Positions 39,582 to 47,209 of a stretch of 47,209 nt of DNA are shown in pieces. The stretch covers positions 1 through 47,209 of the forward strand of contig JAHHIK010000067.1 of the NCBI GenBank assembly GCA_019358935.1, in the 5' to 3' direction. The position numbers and the translations under genes were made by a program. The notes under the pieces are model-generated. The model ran no database searches. It saw only the letters and a list, made by a program, of their open reading frames with translations, and had not been told where the DNA came from. The number at the start of each line of letters is the position of its first letter. The stretch's first letter is position 1. This DNA is from Tolypothrix carrinoi HA7290-LM1. Its GTDB lineage: Bacteria; Cyanobacteriota; Cyanobacteriia; Cyanobacteriales; Nostocaceae.

Positions 39582-41060
39582 ATGAATACTATTCCCACGT
39601 TACACAATTACATTAATGGTCAATGGTGTGCATCTACTGCTACAGAATATTTAGAAGTTATCAACCCAGCGACGATAGAAATTTTGGCTAAAGTCCCTTT
39701 GTCGCCTGTATCTGAAGTTAATCAAGCGGCTGATGCGGCGGCATCCGCATTTGTAACATGGCGACGCACTCCACCGTCGGAACGGGTGCAATATTTATTT
39801 AAACTCAAGAATCTGCTAGAAGAACATTTTGAGGATTTGGCACGGACGATTACTTTAGAATGCGGTAAAACGCTGGCTGAGTCTAAAGGTGAAATGCGTC
39901 GGGCAATTGAAAATGTAGAGGTTGCTTGCGGTATTCCGATGATGATGCAGGGAACTAATTTAGAAGATGTGGCAAAGGGCATTGATGAAATGATGATTCG
40001 GCAACCGTTGGGAGTTGCAGCGGTAATTTGTCCTTTCAATTTTCCGGGGATGATTCCATTTTGGTTTTTGCCGTATGCGATCGCTTGCGGGAATACCTAC
40101 ATTGTCAAGCCTTCGGAAAAAGTGCCGCTAACTATGCAAAAAATCTTTCAGCTTTTAGAACAAACTAATTTGCCCAAAGGTGTAATTAATTTAATCAACG
40201 GTGCGAAAGAAGCTGTAGATGCAATTTTAGATCATCCGAAAATTCGCGCAATTAGTTTTGTTGGTTCAACACCAGTCGCTAAATATATTTATAGTCGTGG
40301 GGCAGGTAATGGAAAACGCCTCCAATGTCAAGGGGGCGCGAAAAATCCGATTATAGTCTTGCCGGATGCAGATATGGCTATGACTACCCGAATTGCGGCT
40401 GATAGTGCTTTTGGTTGTGCTGGACAACGTTGTTTAGCGGCTTCAATTGCGGTGACTGTGGGAGAAGCGCGTCATACATTTACGGACGCGATCGCCGAAA
40501 CTGCAAAAAACCGCATTGTCGGTAATGGTTTAGACCAAGGCGTAGAAATGGGACCAGTAATTGATGTCCGCAGTAAAACGCGGATTGAAAGTTTAATTGA
40601 AAAAGGAGCAAATCAAGGGGCAAAATTATTAGTAGATGGTCGCAGTCCTCAGATTACAGGCTATAAAAATGGTAATTTTATTCGCCCAACGATTCTGCAA
40701 AATGTAGATCCAGTTGGTGAAATTGCCCGCACAGAAATTTTTGGTCCCGTACTGAGTTTAATTCACCTGAATAGTATTGAGGAAGCGATCGCTTTAGTTA
40801 ATAGCGGTCAATACGGCAACATGGCTTGTTTATTTACTACCAGTGGCGCAGCAGCTCGTAAATTCCGCTATGAGGCAGAAGCTGGTAATATCGGCATCAA
40901 CATTGGTGTTGCCGCACCTATGGCATTTTTTCCCTTTAGCGGTTGGAAAGAAAGCTTTTTTGGTGACTTACACGGGCAAAGCAATCACGCAGTAGAATTT
41001 TTTACTCAAACTAAAGTAGTAGTTGAACGCTGGCGCGATGAATGGGCACGGCAATTTTAA
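39582..41060 (+). CDS. mmsA: CoA-acylating methylmalonate-semialdehyde dehydrogenase
   Basis: [45 protein letters not shown]. Confidence 0.9.
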   Translation: MNTIPTLHNYINGQWCASTATEYLEVINPATIEILAKVPLSPVSEVNQAADAAASAFVTWRRTPPSERVQYLFKLKNLLEEHFEDLARTITLECGKTLAESKGEMRRAIENVEVACGIPMMMQGTNLEDVAKGIDEMMIRQPLGVAAVICPFNFPGMIPFWFLPYAIACGNTYIVKPSEKVPLTMQKIFQLLEQTNLPKGVINLINGAKEAVDAILDHPKIRAISFVGSTPVAKYIYSRGAGNGKRLQCQGGAKNPIIVLPDADMAMTTRIAADSAFGCAGQRCLAASIAVTVGEARHTFTDAIAETAKNRIVGNGLDQGVEMGPVIDVRSKTRIESLIEKGANQGAKLLVDGRSPQITGYKNGNFIRPTILQNVDPVGEIARTEIFGPVLSLIHLNSIEEAIALVNSGQYGNMACLFTTSGAAARKFRYEAEAGNIGINIGVAAPMAFFPFSGWKESFFGDLHGQSNHAVEFFTQTKVVVERWRDEWARQF

Positions 41061-41067
41061 AAGAAGT

Positions 41068-41538
41068 ATGATTTATTGCCACAAAATGACAAAGGAATTA
41101 CTGAGTGATGCTTTTGGTTTACTCAGTGAATTTCTCAAGAAAGACGAATACTATCTTGACAGTAGCAGTGCTTACGGTGATGGTGGTAATGATGCTTTAC
41201 AAAGCGCTCTGGAACTGTTTTTGCAACACCCAGAAATCGGCTTTGTCTGGCTGGCTTATCATGACACAAAACCTGTTGGCGTTTGCGTAGTTTGCTTTGC
41301 CATCTCTACATCTATAGGGGCAGTTGTGGCAAAACTTGATGATGTGTTTGTTACAACAAATATGCAAAACCAAAAAGTCGGTTCCACACTAATTACTTCT
41401 CTGAAAGAAGAACTACGCCTATTAAATATTCGCCGAATTGATACGAGTGTGCATTTACACAACAGTGCGGCACGTCGTTTTTACGAAAAACATGACTTTT
41501 TGCGATTAAATGAAGAACGATTATCTTGTCAGCTTTAA
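41068..41538 (+). CDS. GNAT-family acetyltransferase
   Basis: LDDVFV..QNQKVGS and N..ARRFYEKH.F. Confidence 0.8.
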   Translation: MIYCHKMTKELLSDAFGLLSEFLKKDEYYLDSSSAYGDGGNDALQSALELFLQHPEIGFVWLAYHDTKPVGVCVVCFAISTSIGAVVAKLDDVFVTTNMQNQKVGSTLITSLKEELRLLNIRRIDTSVHLHNSAARRFYEKHDFLRLNEERLSCQL

Positions 41539-41726
41539 CACATCAGAATAATATCATGGGAGCGCAAATCACACATACTGTAGAAACGTTCGGTCCGGAA
41601 CGTCTCTACGACGGTAGCGATGTTTTTATTACTCAGTTGGTAAAAAAATTGGTTACGGATTCTGGAATCGGAGTTTTCTGGTGGGTATTTACCTCAAGAT
41701 TAAAACCAACTACATAACTTATCTCC

Positions 41727-41993
41727 ATGAAATATCTTACCCCAGAAATAATTCGAGCTATGACCCCTATGTTTATTGCAAGTGTGGGAGCCATCATTGG
41801 TGTTGCTGTTTTATTCTCACCAGGCATTAGTGATGCAAAAACGTCTGCTGGTTTTGGTCTTGCTGGAACAGCGATCGCTGGTGCGGCTGGACTTGCTCAA
41901 AGTAGCAAAAATGAGCCGGACTTTTCAGTGAAGAAGCAGGGGGACAAGTTAGAAGTTAAAACCCCAGACTCTGAGCATAGTGACAGAGATTAA
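41727..41993 (+). CDS. Small membrane hypothetical protein
   Basis: Two hydrophobic segments; AGFGLAGTAIAGAAGLAQ. Confidence 0.7.
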   Translation: MKYLTPEIIRAMTPMFIASVGAIIGVAVLFSPGISDAKTSAGFGLAGTAIAGAAGLAQSSKNEPDFSVKKQGDKLEVKTPDSEHSDRD

Positions 41994-42111
41994 TTTTTTG
42001 GGCACTCAAGTGATGTGAAATTCGTCACAGTACAGGTTTATTGACCAACGTGCATTTAGTGATAATTTTGACAAAAAGTTGATCTAAATGCAGGTAATTG
42101 AGGAGAAGAAC

Positions 42112-42501
42112 GTGAAAACAGCGGTTATTGCCAAAACACTAATTACATCGTTTAGTTTATTAGCTTTACTTGCCCCAGGTCGAGCATCCGCTCAAATCGT
42201 TCCCCAACCGTGGGTTTCTGTTGGTAGCCAAGAAGGTGATATAACTTATTCTGTAGGAGCGAGAGCTTTGAATCTAGGGGCTGAATTGGGATTTGGTCCT
42301 GACGGTTCTACTGGTGTAGATGTACTAAAATTCATTTCTTTGCCAGTGATTTCACCTTATGTAGGAGTTGGATTATATTCAGCAGATAAAGGTGTTGCCG
42401 TTTCCGGAGGAGTTCAGGTGGGCGCTACCGATAATGTTTTTGTCGGTGCGGGTTACAATTCTGTTCGCGGATTTAATGGACAATTGGGAGTAAGATTTTA
42501 G
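42112..42501 (+). CDS. Small outer-membrane beta-barrel protein
   Basis: GAGGAG RBS, signal peptide (ASA), alternating beta pattern, terminal GVRF. Confidence 0.8.
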   Translation: MKTAVIAKTLITSFSLLALLAPGRASAQIVPQPWVSVGSQEGDITYSVGARALNLGAELGFGPDGSTGVDVLKFISLPVISPYVGVGLYSADKGVAVSGGVQVGATDNVFVGAGYNSVRGFNGQLGVRF

Positions 42502-42580
42502 TTTTTTCTAATCTTATTTGTGTATAAAAAAGGGTCAAGATTGAAGAAGAAAGAAATTCTTCTTTCTTGTCCCATTTGCT

Positions 42581-43462
42581 TTATTTAAGTGCCTTTTTGA
42601 CTAATTCGGGAATTTGAGAAGGACGTTCGGCTACTGGTATATTTGCTTTTTTGAAAGCGGCTAATTTACTTTTTGCTGTGCCAAAGTCAGGATCGCGTCC
42701 GATAACCGCTGCTAAAGTTCCTGTTTGACGCCAATGTTTTCCTGGTGGTGCGTGTGTACCTGCGATGTAGCCAATGACCGGTTTATCAATGGCTTCAGCA
42801 ATGTACCGCGCTGCAACTTCTTCACTACCTCCACCAGGTTGACCAACTATAACGATCGCTTCTGTATTTTCATCTTCATCCAGAATTTGCAGCCATTGCA
42901 AAAAAGATGAACCCACGATCGCATCACTACCAATACTCACACTTATCGATTGCCCCAAATCAGCTCTTGTTAATTCCCAAGCGATTTCATAGGTGAGGGT
43001 GCTGCTACGACTGACGATTCCCACCGATCCTGGAGTATAGAATTCACTAGGTTGAGTACCTAAGAGAATTTTGCCGGGGACGATGATTCCTGGACTATTT
43101 GGTCCGACGACCACAGTTTCTTTAGCTTCAGCTTTGCGAAGTAATTCCACCATATCCAAAGGTGGCACGCCTGCGGAGATGATAATTAATTGGCGGATAT
43201 CAGATGCGATCGCTTCCAATGCTGCGTCCAGCACTTGGTAAGGGTGTACGCAAATAATTGTGGTATCAATTTGCCCAAATTCTCCTACCGCTTTTTCTAC
43301 TAAGTCAAATACCAGCAAATCGTGCAGTTGCTGTCCACCATATCCAGGATTCACACCACCTACCAAATTCGTGCCATAAGCTTTCATTTGAGCTACATGA
43401 GTTGCTGAGATGAATTCACTGAAGCCTTGAATTAACACTTTACTGTCTGGCGTTAAGTTCAT
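42581..43462 (-). CDS. sucD: Succinyl-CoA synthetase alpha-like protein (degenerate active site)
   Basis: KVLIQG, YGTNLVGGVNPG, GPNSPG, SRSSTLTYE, IGSD, KPVI.YIAG; GHAGA is absent. Confidence 0.88.
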   Translation of the reverse strand: MNLTPDSKVLIQGFSEFISATHVAQMKAYGTNLVGGVNPGYGGQQLHDLLVFDLVEKAVGEFGQIDTTIICVHPYQVLDAALEAIASDIRQLIIISAGVPPLDMVELLRKAEAKETVVVGPNSPGIIVPGKILLGTQPSEFYTPGSVGIVSRSSTLTYEIAWELTRADLGQSISVSIGSDAIVGSSFLQWLQILDEDENTEAIVIVGQPGGGSEEVAARYIAEAIDKPVIGYIAGTHAPPGKHWRQTGTLAAVIGRDPDFGTAKSKLAAFKKANIPVAERPSQIPELVKKALK

Positions 43463-43597
43463 AAAAAAGTTAGATAAGTTTGGTGCCACAGCAGCGATTA
43501 GCCGCCGATATAGACTTGATAAATCGCCTCTATTAGGTAAGCGCAAGTTTACATGTGGTTTGGATTAAATTTTATCCCTTCTATGGGGGTAAGATTT

Positions 43598-44821
43598 TCA
43601 AAACTTTCTATAAGATTTGGCAAGATGAACCGCTTCGGCTACTGCCTCATCTAAATTTTCTACTACTATTAGCGCATCGCTCTGGGTTTCTATTGTTGCT
43701 AAATAATCTCTGGTTGCATTTAAATCAGAACCGCCAAGACGGATAACAAAGCGCGGAAATTTATTTTCTCGGCGGCTTTTATTACCATTAGAGCGTAACA
43801 CATGTGGTTTGAGTTCGTTCTTGTCGTGTTGCAAAAACGCGAGAATAATTTCAGCGATTTCAGGAGGTTGAGGAACGGTACCCAAAAGGTTAATGAGGAT
43901 GACTTGAATGCTTTTGTCAGCTGCCAACATTTTCAGACCTTTTGTTAGGCGATCGCTAAAAGTAGTGGTGGGAGTGTCTGTGGGAAAAGCATGGCGCAGA
44001 TTCAAACAAAGACCAGGCTTACCCCCAGCATTAGCGACTAAATCCAAAGTTGCCATTACTGAACCAGCACCATTACCCAAAATGCCGATTTTACCATGCA
44101 TTTCTATTCCATCCCAATCATGCAAATGCTTATTTGTCTGATTAGCGGGATGACGGTTGGCTATTTTTTCAGCCATCGCTGCCATATCGGGATGACGAGC
44201 GATCGCTCGTTCGTTGACTCTGATATTACCATTAAGCGCCATCACGCTTCCGCTCTGACTCACCCCCAGAGGATTAATTTCTACTAAGTCCAGGTCTTTT
44301 TCCACAAATAACTGATACATTTTTTCCATCACGGTGCCGATAGATTGCATCATTGCACCCTGCAAACCCATTTTTAAAGCTAATCTTCGTGCATAATATG
44401 GCGAGAATTCTTGTTCAACAACTACATGTTGTATTTTCTCTGCGGCTAATTCCCAATCTATGTTCGCTTCTTTACCACCTAAAAGAACCGGTCGGCAAAG
44501 AGCGGTATCTAAAACTACTGCTAAATAATATTCTTGATCGGCATTGTATTTAGATTCTGCCAGCAAAACTTCTGGTAACTCGCCTAAAATTGGCAAATTG
44601 AAGATATTTTGCGCGGCGGCGATCGCATCAATGGTAGTCTCTACAAATCTGACTCCACCAGCTTTTGCCCGTTCTTGGGCATGTACTTGAGATTTTAGTA
44701 CAATCGGATAACGGATTTTTAAACGTTTTAAATCTGTGGGATGGTCAATTCGTTGTGATGGCAATACGGGAATGCCTATACTTCCAAACCATTCTTTTAC
44801 TTGATACTCTAATAAATCCAT
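43598..44821 (-). CDS. sucC: Succinyl-CoA synthetase beta-like protein (degenerate motifs)
   Basis: MDLLEYQ.K, KSQV..KAGGV, EINPL, NGAG..MAT.D. Confidence 0.88.
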   Translation of the reverse strand: MDLLEYQVKEWFGSIGIPVLPSQRIDHPTDLKRLKIRYPIVLKSQVHAQERAKAGGVRFVETTIDAIAAAQNIFNLPILGELPEVLLAESKYNADQEYYLAVVLDTALCRPVLLGGKEANIDWELAAEKIQHVVVEQEFSPYYARRLALKMGLQGAMMQSIGTVMEKMYQLFVEKDLDLVEINPLGVSQSGSVMALNGNIRVNERAIARHPDMAAMAEKIANRHPANQTNKHLHDWDGIEMHGKIGILGNGAGSVMATLDLVANAGGKPGLCLNLRHAFPTDTPTTTFSDRLTKGLKMLAADKSIQVILINLLGTVPQPPEIAEIILAFLQHDKNELKPHVLRSNGNKSRRENKFPRFVIRLGGSDLNATRDYLATIETQSDALIVVENLDEAVAEAVHLAKSYRKF

Positions 44822-45425
44822 TAACACGCACCTTGTATAGCTATTTACAAAAAGTTTCTTAGCTGCAAATGAATTGCACGCATCAAGCCTTTATTGGCTA
44901 TAAACATTTTTCTCTCATTAATTTTATCCAATTCGGTACATGAAGCAAATTTTTGACAATAGCAAATCTATTCTTGTAATGTCAATAATACATAACTAAT
45001 TTTCAAAAGGAAAATCGACAGCATCTAAGATAACCAGGATTTTCCTCTAATATCACTGTTCAAGTAGCTTTTGCCGACTATTTAGATAATTTAGTTACTA
45101 GCGCATTGTTACGATAAAATTAACTACGGTAGCTCGCGTGCGTTTTATTGCCACATTCAATGCAGTAAAAATGCTCACAGATTGTATTATGACCATTTGA
45201 TTTGTAATTTTTAATTACCATTGAATTGAATAAGAACGCCATCTAGTTGTATAAAAACCTAGAGATGCGCTATTGTTGCATCTGTGCCAAAAAACCGTAC
45301 CTATATTTGGTTAAACTATTAGAACTCTTTTAAACTTTTATCGCTATGCCATAAGTTTAATTAGGTTGACTTACTTAAAAGTTCATTCAGAAACTACTAA
45401 CTATTGCTAATAAAGGCGTGTAAAT

Positions 45426-45602
45426 ATGCTAACTAACAACTTTAGACGATTTGTATTGGCATTCATGGTTACAGCGGCTGTCGTATTGAGTTTGACTATG
45501 CTCAAGCCAACAGTCACGGCTCAGACATCAATAAACTTGGCGCAAAAGGCAAAGGCAGAAGTTTCCCGAACCATAGGAATGCCAGTTGATAACCTCCTTT
45601 GA
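45426..45602 (+). pseudogene. 5' fragment of a secreted protein gene fused to the IS110 remnant
   Basis: MLTNNFRRFVLAFMVTAAVVLSLTMLKPTVTAQ.. ends just after transposase homology begins. Confidence 0.45.
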
Positions 45603-46461
45603 ACCTAAAACAGAAGAGGAACTTCCAACAACAAAGAAAAAACGCAGAAAAAAGCCAACCGCAAACCACCCAAATTTTGATTTGCATTTCTTTCTTTACC
45701 GGATAGCAGGTGTCGATTTCACGTTGATTGATGGTCTTGATGCTTTAACCGTACAAACCATTTTGTCGGAAGTTGGATTAGACCCCGGACGCTTTCCAAC
45801 TGTCAGTAGATCGAAAACTTTTGTCAGTTGACGCTCATAATGAGGGTTTCAGCCGTCGGTTTTGGGACTGGCAATCATAGCCAGTTGCGATCGCTCACCA
45901 AGCCCACTCAGAACAAAAGTTCTTGAAACGCAGATTACAAGCTGATTTCGTCGTGTGGTATTCCCAAGCGGAAATCAAGGACTGGTAAGGCTTCTGGAAA
46001 ACTTTTCGGTCTACTGACTGTTAAACACTTTACCTCATGGTTGGGTCTATGCCCTGGTCAAAAGATTACTGGTGGTAAGGTCAAAAGTTCTAAAACTCGT
46101 CCAGTTGTGAATCGTGCTGCAACTTCATTCCGGATGGCGGCTTTTTCTCTAACCCAAAGTCGTTCTGCGTATGTGTCTTTTTACCGACGCTTGCGTTCTC
46201 GTTTGGGTGCCCCGAAAGCGATTACTGCTACTGCACACAAAGAGCGCACGTTTATTTTACCAAATGTGGACAACTGCTGTACAGTATGCTGACCCTGGCA
46301 TGAACTACTATGAGCAGCGATACCAGGATTTGATACTGCACAATCTCAAGAAGAAAGAGTCATGCTTTCGGTCTTGAGCTTGTTCCTAAATCTCAAGACA
46401 CGCAAGATTCTCAACTTTCTCAAACCCCTGCTACATAAGCCTTACAGAATGTGTTTCTTGA
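45586..46461 (+). pseudogene. IS110-family transposase, 3' half only, frameshifted
   Basis: GVDFT.IDG, SEVGLD..RFPTVKHFTSWLGLCP, TGGKV, FYRRLRSRLGAPKAITATAHK, YEQRYQ. Confidence 0.88.
45804..46016. mobile_element. 213-bp MITE with 19-bp TIR and 5-bp TSD ACTGT
   Basis: TIR CAGTAGA(T/C)CGAAAA(C/G)TTTT; removal restores RFPTVKHFTSW. Confidence 0.92.
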
Positions 46462-46906
46462 ACGTATCCATCGGTGGCGATCGCACACCAATATACATCC
46501 AATGCATACAATTTCAAGCCAACCAACATAAAAGCCTACTTTGATATATGAGCTTCACACAAAGGGTTTCACAGATCCACCCTTACTGACTACGATTGCC
46601 TCCTTTGCGCAAAGTCATCGTCACGAAGTGCCCGCCTCCGGGCGATCGCACTCGCGGGAAAACATCCCACTTACACCATCTCTTACAACCGAAGCTACAT
46701 AAGCCTTATAGAATGTGTTTCTTGAGAGTTAACAAATAGTCACGCAACAGCGTATCTAACAACACCCAGAGCCGTAAAACATCAAACTTGCTAAAAACTC
46801 TATTACTTACCTTCTCGACTTCCAGCAGCGCTACTAAGTTAAAACCTTTTATTTGCAATACTTTTAGGCTGCGGGGAAAAATATTCAATATTTTTTGAGA
46901 AAATAG

Positions 46907-46935
46907 TTGACAACAAATTGTAGACTCGCTATATT
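46907..46935 (+). promoter_or_regulatory. rRNA operon sigma70-type promoter
   Basis: TTGACA-N17-TATATT about 170 nt upstream of 16S; boxA-like GAACCATGAAAA near 46988. Confidence 0.75.
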
Positions 46936-47100
46936 GAATAAGTGCCGGATGAGCGAGCGCGTTCACAAGCGGACTCGTCAGGCGAGCGAACCATGAAAAG
47001 ATTATAGTTTGAAAGACAGTATAAAGCAACTTGTGCGCGTCAGTCAAATAATAGACCAGACTGAGGTCATTTAATTTCAGTCGAGCTAAACAAACAAACC

Positions 47101-47209
<109 letters not shown>

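Noticed and set aside
46706..47047. 113-aa ORF on the minus strand
   Set aside because: Antisense to the rRNA promoter and leader.

Overview
Chromosomal window from a heterocyst-forming (Nostocales-type) cyanobacterium, judged from dense HIP1 octamers (GCGATCGC), heptamer STRR arrays and the start of a 16S rRNA gene at the right edge. Housekeeping genes (cofG, ispG, ctpC, a second EF-G, a CLC-CBS-USP channel, TldD/PmbA, Tab2, argS, nadC, mmsA-like dehydrogenase, sucCD, 6S RNA) alternate with mobile or decayed DNA. The mobile DNA includes a dead group II intron nested inside another group II intron that is cut by an IS630-like element, a cluster of toxin-antitoxin/immunity fragments, an intact tnpB element next to the 6S RNA gene, an IS110 remnant interrupted by a MITE, and many MITEs and HIP1-inserted short repeats. 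The strongest unexplained pattern is repeated 3'-end duplication: the last 60-110 bp of a gene reappears downstream as a slightly diverged copy, one boundary is exactly a HIP1 site, and the DNA between the copies is a cargo gene (CLC locus) or a 21-bp tandem array (nadC locus, possibly also the merA-like locus). SucD lacks its phospho-His motif and SucC has degenerate motifs, suggesting a pseudoenzyme. All calls come from reading the sequence and ORF track; no database searches were run.
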